From Hydrolagus affinis (taxonomy: Eukaryota), in the NCBI GenBank assembly GCA_012026655.1, contig JAAILG010001338.1, positions 1 through 64,000 of the forward strand: a DNA stretch of 64,000 nucleotides, read 5' to 3'. Shown here piece by piece: positions 14,234-27,460 of the stretch; positions within the stretch are counted from its first letter, which is position 1, and each line of letters starts with the position of its first letter. Below the pieces are notes generated by a model. It was not told where the DNA came from. It made no database searches and was given only the letters and a program-made list of their open reading frames with translations. The translations under genes and the position numbers were made by a program.

Positions 14234-15969
14234 GAAGGAGCTGTCCCTCGCATGATACATTAACCAAAGACCTGCCTATCTGCTCACTTGGACCTTAAAG
14301 ATCCCAAGGTAGCATTTGAAATGGAATAAAAGCTCTCTACTGTCAGAGTAGCCTGTTTAGAACAACCATCATTGTGACTGACAGCTTCCAACCTACACAG
14401 CCATATTGCATTAGGATTGATAGTCAGTGGTCACAATATATACGCCTGATATTTTGAACAAAAAATTCTCTGTGATATTGATAGTCAAATCCACTGTGTC
14501 AAAATAACTTGCTGCTTCATCAGTAAACTTTTAATCAGTAAATTCCAACAGAAAAAATTACATTGTGAAAGCAGTGGTAGATATGATCAGCCTAAAGCAT
14601 CATTGATTGTATTGAGCAGGTCAAAATATCCGTACAGAACTGATATAGCAAATTAACTTTTATTCTTGCAAGCAGGAAATTCCTTATAGGCCAGCACCTA
14701 TAATTCAGTAAAAAAAAATACTGACCTTTTCTTTTACAGTGTCGGTTAATGTCACGCCATTAACATATACCAAAGTTCTGAATGAAAAGGACCTGACATT
14801 AACTTGCTGTGATTCAATGTCTCCAGATGAGGAGATGTAGAAGTGTTGAACGTGTTTTCTGAATGTTTTTATTTTATTCTGATTGTGATTATGTGATGAC
14901 CTTTTTCAACAATATAAGTTGAATCAGTTGTAGACACAAAGCTTGTGTTCCATGTTATTTTCCTGGCCAGTTATCTCGTCAGAGACCATGGCAATTTGCA
15001 CCTTGACTGAAATGTCAAATCTAATTTTTTTTTAAAACTCTAGTGTGTTGAGTCTTCATAAGGGGTGGTTGACACTTGGTGTTTGACGGTGTGAGAAACT
15101 CGACTGAGGGAATATCTTTTTTAATCACAAGATTAATCTCTTACACGTCGGCCAGTTCCTTTACCATTTAAACGACTGCCTTAAATTGGATCTTTGCAGA
15201 TCATTAATTTGATTTAGTGTGTCCCACGCACAAGGTTTTGAAAAGACCCAAGGATCCACCATCATCTTAAAACAATATGTCATTGAGGATCTCCCACTGA
15301 GCAAAATGAAACTGGCAGATGATTTCTTTTCAGAAATGCTTAGATAACCCACTGTGTGCCTTAGAATAAGCTGTTATACTTGTATATCTTACAGCTGTTT
15401 AGCAGTAAAAATGTTAAATTTTCAGTTAAAATGTTTACTGATATGATGGTACTTCCAAATGCAAAACACTGAGCTCTCTGTTTACTTGTGCCAGGCTTGG
15501 TAGACTATGTGGATTTATATGTGCTTCAAATCATGAACAGTTATTCTATTAATACATCACACATTTTTTTACTCTGTAAATTTTCCAACGTTCAGAGGAA
15601 GTTTATTTTTTGTAGAATAGTTAAACTCACTGCTGACCTCCATGACTCAGTTTAATTGGTTGATCGGTTTCCAACATCGTAATAAAATTAATATAGCTTC
15701 TGAGGGTTTCATGTAAATACTGTATGTTATTTGATGTTATGATCACCTGATTATTGTTTTACCTTTACTTGTCCAAGTGTATTACAATTTATTAAATCTG
15801 TGCAACATCGTCATTTAATAGAACGAAGAAATCTAAATTTATTTGGGGCTAAATAAATAGATTGCAAGATTAACAGCATTAATAGCTATTAGTAGCATTG
15901 CTATTATAGCATTAATAACAATTTAATTTGTATCTACATGTGTCTTTGGAAGTGTCAATTTTTCCTTTT

Positions 15970-16070
15970 CCAGCCAATTGCCTTGTGAAAGCTACTATCG
16001 AATCTGCTTCCACCACGCTTTCAGGCAGTGTATTCCAGATCGTATCAACTCTCTGAGTAAAAAAAAATCT
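15970..16070 (-). mobile_element. CR1 LINE ORF2 C-terminal fragment
   Basis: Minus-strand FFTQRVDTIWNTLPESVVEADSIVAF matches the CR1 terminal motif FFxxRVxxxWNxLPxxVVEA. Confidence 0.8.
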
Positions 16071-16724
16071 TAGCCTGCACGTGCTTTGCCAGATTACCAG
16101 ACAATTTGGGATTCTGTGCCATGATCTTGAGTAATCTGTCCCAAATTCCGACAGATATAGCAAGGGAACATGGCGTTGGTTTATCTAATAACAGAACAAC
16201 AACAAAATTGCACTTATATAGTGCCTTTCACAGTGGGAGGACGTCCCAAAGCGCTGAAGCTAAAAAAAAAAATCTGGGGATAATGTGGTATGTGATAATT
16301 ATCACCCGTGATAATTAGCACATCACCCACTCACTTTTCATTTGCCTGCAGTTATTTCCATTCGGAAAGCATTGTTCTTGCGGGCTGTGTGCTGTTCTGT
16401 GGTGCAGTAAAACGATGGCTCACATCTGGAATAGGCCATCAGCTGAGCTCTTGATCTGGGCCCCCACTGAGAGACAACAGATGGTGGGTCGGCAGAGATT
16501 TGGTGCTTGCCACAAGGAAACCAGCAACTGATTCACCTCAGGATATCTCCCAGTGACCGGATCAACAGCTGCATTGACAGGCCCAGCAGCAGATCATTTA
16601 TCCAGTCTCTCAGACCTAGAGAAAGGGGAGTCATGCATGGAAGAGAAAGAAACAGCGATTTTAATTGAGAAGACTACGATCGGTCCCACCTTGCCAAAGG
16701 TGCAATCTGCTTGCCTCCAAATAA

Positions 16725-16815
16725 ACAGTCCGCACATTACAGTGTACAGTAAATCCCATAAAGCGTTTCGATGATGTGATAAGGTACATTATCAAACGCA
16801 AGGATTATTATTTTA
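16725..16815 (+). mobile_element. SINE tail fragment
   Basis: aagcgtttcg..atgtgataagg..tatcaaacgcaaggattattatt. Confidence 0.7.
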
Positions 16816-17536
16816 TTCATCTCCGGTTGAAATGATTGAGAGAAAAGTGAATTATGGATAGATCTTTCAGATATATTTCCAGAAACAACAAGGATACCTT
16901 TAACCTAGTTTTCAAGGTAATGTAATTTTTTTTCATGACAATGATCAGTGGGCTTTCTTTCCTTATTTCACACACAAAGCTTTATTTTTAATGGTCGATA
17001 CTGCACGTTCTACTCCAACAGTAATCCGAGCTCTGTTGCCTCGAGCTATGTTAACAAATGTCAGACTCTTTCAGATCACCTGGCTTGGTGGGTTCACTCT
17101 CTCTCTCTCTCTCTCTGTCTGTCTTGCTGTGGTTCTGTGGCTGTAGTAGTGTGTGATCCAGGGTGATTCTGCTTCTGCCCCGCTCCCACTTAAGCAGTTT
17201 GTACAATTTATGGATGTGCCAATCACAAGCTGCAAACTCATGCAGAATGATCCTATCTTGAAATGTTTAAACAAAATAAACATTCATGGCTCTCACACTT
17301 GTGAATGACTGTGCAAAAGAAAGAGTTTCACCAATTCCCGCCTCCTTTCTTCCTCTCCTTAAATTGTCGTTGCCTTAAATGGATGATCTTTGCTGGGGTC
17401 TGTGAATGACGGACATGAACCTTGCAAATTGCAATTTGCAGTTGGATGCGCCAAATCTGCGTTTGCAAATTTGTAACTTAGATCCAGTCATACCTGCACG
17501 ACCCCCAGCCCACCCATAAGAACCTTTAAATGTTTG

Positions 17537-17602
17537 AAGCGCTTTGGGACGACCTCCCGACGTGAAAGGCGCTCTATAAATGTCAATTTGTTGTTGTTTG
17601 TT
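17537..17602 (+). mobile_element. Orphan L2-type 3' tail (representative of many)
   Basis: aagcgctttgggacgacctcccgacgtgaaaggcgctctataaatgtcaatttgttgttgtt. Related tails lie at about 6587, 9272, 9522, 16192, 23660, 29130, 38600, 47450, 48500 and 60822. Confidence 0.75.
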
Positions 17603-18429
17603 GAAGCAACTCTCTATGTGTGCTTTCTCCTGCAATGAAGCTTTGATATGATTGTGATCTGAACACTGTTGGTGAAAATTCTTTGTTTTATATATATTAT
17701 ATATATATATATATATAAAAAACATGTCCAGGAAGTAGCACTGAACAATAAAAGTGAAGAATGACCATTTAATTCCTTGGCATGCCCAGATAGTGACCCT
17801 TCCTCCCCCCCAACAACTAATCTCATAGAATTAACTTATATTCGCCTGTGACTGTAAGTTTGTACCCAGATAAATCCATTTTGCTTTGCTACCAGGATGC
17901 AAGTCAGGTCAAATTGTATCCAAATTTACGCAAAGATCAGTGTTGGTCAACGTTGGCATCACTGCATCAAGAAGTTTTTTCCTCTCCTTTTGAACCTCGT
18001 GTGATTGCCTAACGTTACATTCTAGATCGCTGCCGTTTTTCAGGTAGCGCGTGTGAATGATTCCACATTTACAAAGATCACATCTGCAGTTGAATGCAAC
18101 TCAACTAATGGTGCGTTAACAGAAAGCAAGGCATTCTAATACCTGTGTCCACGCTTCAGTGGCATCCGAATACAAGTAATGTGTGAAAGTGGGTTCGGTA
18201 CTCGCAACAAATATGATTACAAGGAGGGGTGCAATAGCTGGGCAATACGCAGTTGAACATTGGGTGTAATTAGTCCTCTCAAAGGAAAGACTGCTGCATC
18301 AAAGTGTATTTCCAGTTCAGTTATTTTAAAAGGCTGTGTAATTATACAAATAACAGTTGGCTGACAGATTCAACATTTGGCATAAAAGGTGAAATTCAGG
18401 CGGATATAGTGGGTGGGGGGGAAAAAAAC

Positions 18430-18595
18430 GATCACTGGAAACCTGAAATCTAAAGAGTAAATACCAAGTAGCTGGTCAACCAGCATGTGAAAGGGAAAGA
18501 TAGTTTAACAGATGAAGGGTCATATCTGAAATATTGAGCTGCTTTTCTTTCCCGGATACTAATTGACCTGTTGTGCATTTCAAGCCATTTATTGC
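18430..18595. mobile_element. Older, degenerate copy of the Penelope-derived palindrome
   Basis: ctggaaacctgaaatctaaa...ggtcaaccagcatgtgaaagggaaa..cagatgaagggtcatatctgaaatattga..ttttctttcccggatact..tgacctgttgtgcatttcaagc. Confidence 0.55.
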
Positions 18596-18599
18596 TAAA

Positions 18600-18865
18600 T
18601 TACTGCAGTATGATAGCTCGCTATCCTGGTAGATTGTTGCTGTCTGTATCATAACTAGGCTTTAACTGATAATAATAAATCCTTGCATTTGTTATAGCGT
18701 TTTTCATCTTCTAGACGTCGCAAAGCGCTTCACAGAAAACAGTTGCTGTCAACGGATAGGTTACTATCGTATATACTGTCACTAGGCTATTACGATAGAT
18801 TGCTGCAGTATGTACCATCGCAAGGTATTATCGGTAGATTGCTACAGTATATATAAGCGCTGTAC
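18600..18865. repeat. Degenerate ~39-bp minisatellite interrupted by a SINE tail
   Basis: Units ggataggttactatcgtatatactgtcactaggctattac / gatagattgctgcagtatgtaccatcgcaaggtattatc / ggtagattgctacagtatatat, plus an upstream unit ggtagattgttgctgtctgtatcataactaggc. Confidence 0.6.
18668..18737 (-). mobile_element. SINE tail fragment
   Basis: aataataaatccttgcatttgttatagcgtttttcatcttctagacgtcgcaaagcgcttcacagaa. Confidence 0.8.
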
Positions 18866-20219
18866 CTGTACGCAATTTGAGTTGACAGTATAGGTACAGG
18901 GCTCACAAGGCAGCCTGCTTTTTTTTAATACTTTCCTGTGACTTTGCTTTTCTCCCCCAAACAAAAGACCCAAGAAATCTCGAATCATTGAGCGAAAGGA
19001 AACGTTTACATCCTCTGTGTGTGTGTGTGTGTCGGCTAAGGCAGAGAGAAACCACGCTGTAGCCTTGTTCTATTTGTCAGACAAGGGTGATGCTAATACA
19101 AGTTCCCACACCAGCTTTGAAATTTCAATTTATCACAATGCTGTGCATTTATTCAACTCAAATCTGTGGGGAAAGGATCATTAGTGTATTATTCTGGTCT
19201 GTGATCCCACTATCAAAAGAAATTGAAGAGTTTTCTTTCGTGACGGGGCTGTATCCATCGCTGATGGAAGCTGAAGTAAAATGCTACACCACACAACTGA
19301 TAGTTCACAGTCTTGGAATACAGCTTTGACTTGCCCACAGAGACTTACAGATACATTCTTCATTCATTCTGAACAGAACATATGGCATCAAATAAAGTCT
19401 GGAAGATAAATTCTCTGGAAAGCCGCAATCTTATTTACATGATTTCAGTTTTTTTTTCAAAAAGGCAAAATGTTTAAAATCTGTGTTTTAAAAGAAAATA
19501 TGACTAACCAAACCCCCACGTTTAAGGTATTCCACTGAGTAGGATTATTTTATTAAAATTAGCCTGCTCTCGGTTCCACAAACTAATCATAAATAATCCA
19601 GGTTTTGGATATAGTGCCTTTCACATTGCTGGAATGTCTTAAGAGGCTCAACAGTATTTACTGTGAAGTGTAGTGACTGTGTATTTGAAAGTGAGCATAC
19701 AAGCAATTTGCACACAAGTGAATGATGAATTTGTGTAGCTGGGAGGTGGTTGACCATGAGAAACTTCACTTATCTTTTTGAATTGTACCACTGGATCTTT
19801 GAAGGACACTTGCGTGGGTAGATCTTGGTTTGACATTTCATCCAATGGCCTGTGTGACTATTCTATGGCGTGAATCCACAGAGGTGAGAGCACGACTGAC
19901 CGACTGACTGACCGAAATATTAAGGAATATGGATAATGATTCATTGCAATTGATTGTATAACATGCTTAAGCCTGTTAGTCAGCTCATGGACACTAGTTG
20001 CAATTAAAATAAATGGTATAAAGAACTTCTTCCCTCTTCCCCAACATTTTGAAGCCTGTATTTTAAGGCATCATTTGATTGCACAGTCACCTCTGGACTA
20101 TACAAGTGTAATTTTGTTGTTGTTGTTGGAAATCACAGATGCCATCTTTCACGCTGTTCAAATCATTTCCCTGATATCCTGATACCAACTCGTCAGCGAT
20201 AATTGGCCATATACTTCAT

Positions 20220-20352
20220 GGCAGTTTGTGGGATCTTGCTGTGTGCAAATTGTTTGCTAAATTGCCTACAATCATTTGACAGTAACTCTTTGTGAAGCGC
20301 TTTGAAACATTTGACAATCACAGGCACCAAATAAAACCAAGGATTATTATTA
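20220..20352 (+). mobile_element. Deu-domain SINE 3' fragment
   Basis: gtttgtgggatcttgctgtgtgcaaattg...tgtgaagcgctttgaaac...aaggattattattat. Confidence 0.7.
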
Positions 20353-21019
20353 TCACTTTAAACAAAACATGCCAGTGTTATCTCTTTACTATTGCGTAAC
20401 ACCCCCATTGTGCTTTAATCTACTTGAAACAAAAGCTTGCATTGACAAAGATTCTTGAGCAGACACAACATTTTATTTCCCACCAAGCTTTCTCTGGGTA
20501 AAACATGAATTTTCAAGTAACTTTTGCAATTTTTCTTTTGTTCAATTGCAGATTAGCATAGATGACGAACTGGGCGAATTAGTGTTAAATAAGGCTTGAA
20601 AGATCAATTATTTGGAAGGTAAAATACGCAGCAAGTACAAATGGGTTCTTCTCGCTATTTGTTTTCTGCAGCAGTAAACAGTTAAATGTGTAGGTTTTCT
20701 TGCAGCCAAACAAACCGCTTTGTGCAGATGCAATGTACCTCAATAATCAACTCCCTGAGTACAATTGCATTGCTAAACCATTGTGAAATCATGAGAGCGG
20801 TCGTAATGTTGGTGAGTGTAAATGCACATCAATGCTTTCAATTTGGTGTATTCTTTGCTACATTGAACTCGGGGTTAGCGATGTGCTGAATATTTCTAAG
20901 GAAGGTAAACACAAAAATACTCCCTGATCCATGACTATCGCCTGGTCTGAAAAAAAACGTCGCTTTCGATTTAAAAATACATGGGACGGGTTTGTACATT
21001 GCCATAACAGTTGAGGGTT

Positions 21020-21200
21020 AGCTAAGTGACCATACAGATTAGAAAGATCTCAGCTCCAATCTCTGGTCTATGCTGAATGAGCTCATCTCGTATGGGATAT
21101 TGTTAGTATTCTTGTGTTAAGAAGGTGGGGATCTTGATTCTGATTGTTACCCAATGATCTGCGTTGGAAAATGTGTGTCTTCACGTTGATGATAAGTGAG
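21020..21200 (+). mobile_element. AmnSINE2-like 5' relic (3' end resumes at about 21692-21770)
   Basis: ccatacagattagaaagatctcagctccaatctctggtctatgctgaatgagctcatctc resembles the AmnSINE2 head. gtcacttcggg..gtagaaccgtaccccgacatgagtca, after the inserted SINE, resembles its 3' end. Confidence 0.55.
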
Positions 21201-21329
21201 AACCACTTTGAAATTGGTTTTGATTCTCCCCAACCCCTCCCCCCACCCCCACATACACACACACTCCACTGCACGGTTAAATATCCTATTGATATTTTTA
21301 GATTCAGTAACATAAAGACTGGTTGTGGA

Positions 21330-21692
21330 GTTCTGTCACGTAGCGGATAGAGTCTTCAGCTCAAACGAGAAGACCCAGGATCAATTCCTGGGCGTGGAGA
21401 AACCTTAGGCAAGTTTTTTTATTCCACACGCCTCTGTCTACCTAGCAGTGAGTAGGAACACAATTGTTAGTCGACTGGACTACCACATTTCGGGGGTAAT
21501 AATTCTTCCCCAAAAAATTGGGCCACTCAATCCACGACTGTTTGTGGGTCAATACTGTGTACGATTGATTGGCTGCTGTGTTTTGCCCACAGAATACACA
21601 GTCAATCCACTTTACAATGCATGCTGAGAAGCGCTTTGAAATGTCTCAATGATGACAAGGTGCTATATCAAACGCAAGGACCGCTGTTATTA
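21330..21692 (+). mobile_element. Same SINE family, older full-length copy
   Basis: Degenerate head, aaaccttaggcaagtt..attccacacgcct, caatccacgactgtttgtggg, and tail gtgctatatcaaacgcaagg. Confidence 0.85.
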
Positions 21693-21837
21693 GTCACTTC
21701 GGGGCAGTAGCAAAGTGTAGAACCGTACCCCGACATGAGTCATTGCTGTGAGTAGAGATAAGGGGAAAGCTTTGGAGGAGCTAAACGGCTATGGACACTG
21801 CTAAGATCTGGATACAGCAATATGGGGAGGTGGATAA

Positions 21838-22025
21838 TACTAATTATAATAATAATCCTTGCATTTGATTTAGCGCCGTACCAAGTCTTCGAGATTTCTC
21901 AAAGCACTTCACACAATATTCTGCAAAGTGAATTGACTGTACATTTTGTGGGCAATAGGCGGCAGCTCGTTGCACACGGCGAGGTCCCGCAAACAGTGGT
22001 GGATTGAGTGACCAATTTATTATTT
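21838..22025 (-). mobile_element. SINE 3' half (Deu block plus tail)
   Basis: aataataatccttgcatttga...gtgaattgactgt...cgcaaacagt, homologous to the other copies. Confidence 0.85.
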
Positions 22026-22919
22026 ATTGAGAAGCGCTTTCAAGCCAAGTTTGGAATTCTTTTGTCTATTGTCTTCGGATGACAGGATGCGATTATTCTG
22101 AAGAGTGGACACGCTGTGAACTTCGAATGAAAGTCACAAAGTGAAAAATACTACAAGCGGAAGATTGGGAAAAGCATCTTGTAGAAAAGGTGGATACGTA
22201 TCTACGGGAGTAAAAGACGACCTCACATTTGTCATGTGCAATTACCACAATAGAAAAAAGCCTTCAGAATCTGTCAATAGTTCCCTCTAACTGAGAGAAC
22301 ACCGAGTTACATTAACTCCAGGGCAGACACAATCTCTCCTACTGTTTGTTTCATTAACCTGCATCTATGTCAGTTTTCAATGCTTCGCAGCTGAATAAGA
22401 TTGGCAACGCTGCCCCCCACTCCATCCCCGCAAAGTAAAGTCCTCTCTGTGAGACTTTTATCTCAGACCAATATTCTCCATCGTAATGGGACAAAAAAGT
22501 TTCTTCTAGTCGTCTTCAGTTTTGCTGCCTTTTTCACTTCGCTCTGGTTACACATCAGAAACTTTGAAATCAGCCCATTTTTAGATCTTGTTCAACGAAC
22601 AGAAGGATAAAGACCAATTCATTTTCTGTAATACTGTAAATGGTTTGGCTGTCTCCGCTGGCTTTTGATTAAAAATGAATTAGTTATGTTAACAGGATTC
22701 ATATGCTAAACAACAAATACCTTGTGCCACATCAAGGTCAAGAGATATCTCTGGTTGAATCTGATACAGTTTAATAGTTTACATGTTTTTGAGTTCAGTA
22801 ATAATGCCACAGAACTCTTCATTCATTGTAGCCATTCCACAATCAGTGTTTTTGATTAGTGTGCACGTACTGACGAGCAGTAACATGTCTAATAAAAATA
22901 ATACTGGAAGTTTTTAACC

Positions 22920-23171
22920 CATATAGTCGAGCCTGAGTGTGATAAAGGCATGAGTGAGAGTTTCAGTGGCTTGAGGGTGAGCTAGTGGCGGAGTCGGGCA
23001 ATGTTGCGGAGGTGAGAGAAGGCTGAGCATGTCATGGCATGGATATGGACAGTTGAGGATCGAACCAGACACCAAGGTTCATGGCTGGCTTGGTGAGGTA
23101 GAGTGTGCAATGGAGGTTGATACTGCCAGTGCCTCATGTGTGAAGGCGCAGTGCGAGTCAAATCAGGATGG

Positions 23172-23172
<1 letters not shown>
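22920..23172 (-). mobile_element. L2 LINE ORF2 fragment
   Basis: The minus strand gives NLGVWFDPQLS, AFSHLRNIARLR and HAFITLRLDY, conserved motifs downstream of the RT domain in L2 elements. Confidence 0.8.
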
Positions 23173-23205
<33 letters not shown>

Positions 23206-24224
23206 CAATCCCACTTTGATGTCTGAACCATTTATGTTTTAGCTGTGTTGAACGTTTTTTGACTCTGTCCAGCCATCACACTAATATACAATATTCACAT
23301 GGGATTTGCCTAATTAAAAGAACTAACCTTTTTTCATTTCTTTGTTATTCCTAGGCAAGCATCTAGCTGGAAGCAGGGCAATTATCTATTCCTCTATTTG
23401 ATTATTGTATTTCTGAGCACAATTTTCTCTTCCCTTCTTCCCCCCACGAGCCCTTCATTTGGAACTGTGCCCAAGTCATCTTATAGCCTGTTCAAGTGAG
23501 CCAAACTATGCTCATTTATTATTCAGTATCACTCCCGGGATGTAAGTCTGAACCTCTGGTTTGCAAGTGTTTTTTTTTGTGCATGTTTCTGCTTTTGAAA
23601 TGGATCAGAGATTTATAAACTGAGGCTCCTTTTATGTCTCAGTGGTTAAATGGACTCCACGCAAGCTTGAAGGGTGGTATATAAATGCAAATTGTTGTTG
23701 TTGTAGACTGAATGATGGACTGACCAGGAAGCTATTCGCAGCCAAAAAAGATTTAACTTGGGCTCAACAGCCCAGGTCTAAGAAGTCAAAAGGTCACGGT
23801 TCCAACACAAATCCTTTCCAGTGGTCCCTGTTGGAAAGCATGTGGATGCTGATGTCTTTGATCAGAGCTGGATGAGATGTCCCCTTTAAGCTATTATTGA
23901 GCAGAGACTCATTAGCAACCCACTGAAAATCCTCTCGCATTGATCACGAAAAAAAATCATTGTGACTGATATTTGGCAGTTTCCTGATGTTTTAACATCC
24001 CAGCTTCTCGTTAGAAAATTGTGATGAAATCTTGTGCACAAAAAGGGATTGCACTCAAGGTTTGTGCGGCGTCAGAAATGGATGCAATCAGTGCACCTGG
24101 GCACCGACAATGTTCACCCGCCTCATGTGCCCACCTGGGGAGACATCCCAGGGACAGCACAGAACCAGCTTTCAGCAAATAAGCCTTATATCCTCAGTTG
24201 TACATTGGAATGCATTTGTTTGAC

Positions 24225-24380
24225 ACTGCCGTGAGCAATTGGCTGCCGCGTTTCGCACTACAAAATATACAGTCAATTCACTTTACAGTATGTTGTGTGA
24301 AGCGCTTTTGAGGCATCTTGAAGACATGATAAGGCGCTATATCAAATGCAAGGATTATTATGATTATTATTATTATTATT
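24225..24380 (+). mobile_element. SINE 3' fragment
   Basis: caattggctgccgcgttt...acagtcaattcactttaca...gcgctatatcaaatgcaaggattattatgattattatt. Confidence 0.85.
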
Positions 24381-25199
24381 TCATAGCCTGTACATCATGA
24401 GCCTGGTATAATATTATTGTTCACCTTTTCAGACCTAATGTTTCCAAAGTCACTTTATTTATTGTCGCAGTGAACTGTAATTTTTCACACGGGACAGTCA
24501 GGGCCCATTCAGTCATAACCCTCTCTCTCATTACTGTTCACATCTCAATTGTACAAGGCTTTTTTTTCTCCGCAAACGGCAATGCAGAAGCCACCTGAGT
24601 TTTGAACCAAATTTCTAAATCGACCGCGATAATAAGACAAACCTTACAGCGGACGTAGTTAAGCTGCCAGAGTGATAAACAAAAGTGACAGGAGGCTCTT
24701 CTTGTTGACAAAGATGTATGTGCCAGGACCCCAGTCCTCACGAATGGGGCCACTGACCCTTCAAACCAGCTGTAAACACCTTTCACAAGCTCATTCATCA
24801 AACAAAGTGTCAATCGCTGGCGCTTGCACAACAAGTGAGAATTTAATGAAAATAATTCAAGGCCGTAGCCTAACTAGCGCCAGTGACCCCGTGAAGTTAG
24901 ATCTTCATCAATCAACCGTTCTTGAACCCTCTCCTTCTCAAGTCTCCCTGCCTCATACCTCCTATAAGCACCTTATTTAATTTTACATTTTGTCCTTTCC
25001 CCCGCTTTCTGTTTAATTTCTCAACCCTTTGTCCAATATTATCATATTTTTCTTGTCGAACGCAAGCTTAGCATCATCTAATAACCTGTTCTCAACTTTT
25101 CAATCTTAATGATGCACTATATTTTGGTGTGTGGGCTGCTTATTCTCAATAATATTTGTGTGTGGGAGAGAGAGAGATGGGGACAAAGAGAGGGGATAT

Positions 25200-25320
25200 A
25201 ACAACAACAACTTGCACTTATATAGTGCCCTCCATGCAGGGTAGCGTCTCAGAGCGCTTAAATATACAACAACAGAATTACTTTTGTGTAGCACCTTTCA
25301 TGTTGGGAGGACGTCCCATA
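25200..25320 (-). mobile_element. Two adjacent orphan L2-type 3' tails of different subtype
   Basis: acaacaacaacttgcacttatatagtgccctccatgcagggtagcgtctcagagcgc followed by acaacaacagaattac..tagcacctttcatgttgggaggacgtccca. Confidence 0.75.
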
Positions 25321-27227
25321 AATGTAGAGGGAAAGAGGGGAACAAAGTATAGAGGGAAGAACTGGAAAAGCCTGCAAACCTTTTCTGGATCCTTATTTGA
25401 GAACAGTTGGATACCTTTTCCTCTTGTCGTGTGTAACATTTTCTACTCTCTGAGGCTGATAGTCACATGTTTGAAATTCTGAATATATTTAACCTATTCT
25501 TAAGAAATGTGGATGTATTTAACCTTTTCTTAAGTATCCATTCTATCATCTTACCCCAATAGCACACGTGCTGAGGAGTTTAACAAATATGATTTTAAAA
25601 CTAATCTAAAGTACAATATTATGACAGCCTTTCATCTCCGTGTACTTAATGAAAGTTTCATGGAGAGAATATGTTATGTGAGCAGCAGATTTATTTAATT
25701 AATGAGCAGGGCTACCCATGCAACTGAGTCGTGAGCAAGTTATTAAAGGAGGGTGCAATATGAAGTGGTTGGAAACATTTTTATCTATGAGAATGCTCAC
25801 CTCTTGAGTTCCCGATCACAGCCATGCAAACACAGGTGTAGAGTGAAGACCAGCTGCATTCCTCGCATGGGGAATGGGAGTTGGAAGGATATGTACAGAA
25901 CGGAGTCCTGTATGGTCCTGTAGTTTGCTGGTGTGATATTTGGTGCCAGTTATCGGGCTGCTAATGCTGCTGCCGATGCTGATCTTACTGTTGTTGTTTA
26001 AGACACGCCAGAGTAATGCCAAGGTTCCCCCAACTCTGTTCTGCTTTCCTTTTAATTGGGAGGGTTTTCTTAATGGTATTTTGTCATTAACCAGATTCGT
26101 TTGAAGCTAATTGTTATCTTGCCCTTGAGTGGTATGAAATCCAAGATTTTAAAAGCGTATAAACGTTCCAATTTCCATATAAAGTTCTAACAGTTTGATT
26201 CAGACCTGCTGGTAGTCTCAGTGGAGCTCCTCTCTTTTAATGGAATAAAACAATGTAGATTCTATACATAACTATTTATTTAAGCACAGCATTTAAGCAC
26301 AGCAAGAGCCTAACCTTGACTATTAATGTCCTTCGCTGAGATGCTACCTCGAGTGAAGTTGTTTTTATTAAGTTGCCTACAGAAAGTATTTTGCTTTCCT
26401 CCATTCCTCTGTGTAACACAGCTTAGAATGTTTAGTAGTTTTTGTCTTTGAAGTGCAGAGAGTAGTAGTCCAACTGATCATTATGTTTCAGAAGTTAACT
26501 TGTGTCTGCTTTGCTGTCTTCATAAAAGTGTGTATGTGTTATCTGCTCAGCTTCTTGGATTTAAACATTATATTGCAGTGAGACTGACACAGTGGTCAGC
26601 TTTACAGTATCTACCCCATAATGTGTTTGCCCCTTTATTTGTAAACTGACAGGGTTATTTGTCAATCCGTGGATATACAATCAACATAACTCAGACATTC
26701 TCTTGTTGCAGTCCCTTTCGGAAAATGTCGCTGTCTTTTTGGTTAATAGAAGATGTCAGATTTGTTGCGTTCTGTGACTGATGTGTGGAGAATGAGCAAG
26801 CAACAGCAGACTGCTTCATTTGTTTTAGAAAATGGATTTTCTCCTCTCTCTCTCTTTCTCTCTCTCTCTCGTGTGATCACATCTTCAGACTATTTGATTA
26901 TGAAAGCTATGATAGATTTGCTTGTTGAGCAGAAATGAGTAGTTAAAGAGCAGATCTTTTCAAATTAGATCTTTCAAAACAGATCCTCCGAATGGCACAG
27001 TTGGAAAGCCACTGACTAGAGCGAAACCGAGCTTTACAGGTCCAGGCATCACAGGGTTTAATCCCGCTTTGTTATTGGCGTGGCTGGTCTGATTCGGTGT
27101 GGCAGTAGGGCAGTGATACAAACGGATTCAATACTCTTTGTGCTGGGGGACAGAAAACATCGAGAAAACTTGCAATGCAAGTGGGTCCTGCTATAAAGTG
27201 AATGCACAGCCTCACACTTACTTGTGG

Positions 27228-27460
27228 TACCCTTGGTCGGTAGCGCACACTCACCTCTGAATCAGAAGGTTGCGGGTTTAAGCCTCAAGTCAGGACTTGG
27301 AATCACGTCTGAGCTGACACTGCAGTGCTGTGGGGAGGGTCGCATTTTCAGAGGTGCCGTCCTTCAGATGTGAGACGTTCAAACCAAGATCCTGGGTTTA
27401 GGATGCCTTTAGAACCCCTTTAACGCCTGGGTCGTTAAAGATCCCATGGTATTATTTAGA
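27228..27460 (+). mobile_element. SacSINE1-like SINE, 5' part
   Basis: ggtagcgcacactcacctctgaatcagaaggttgcggg...gctgacactgcagtgc...gaggtgccgtccttcagatg...aaagatcccatgg. Confidence 0.8.
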
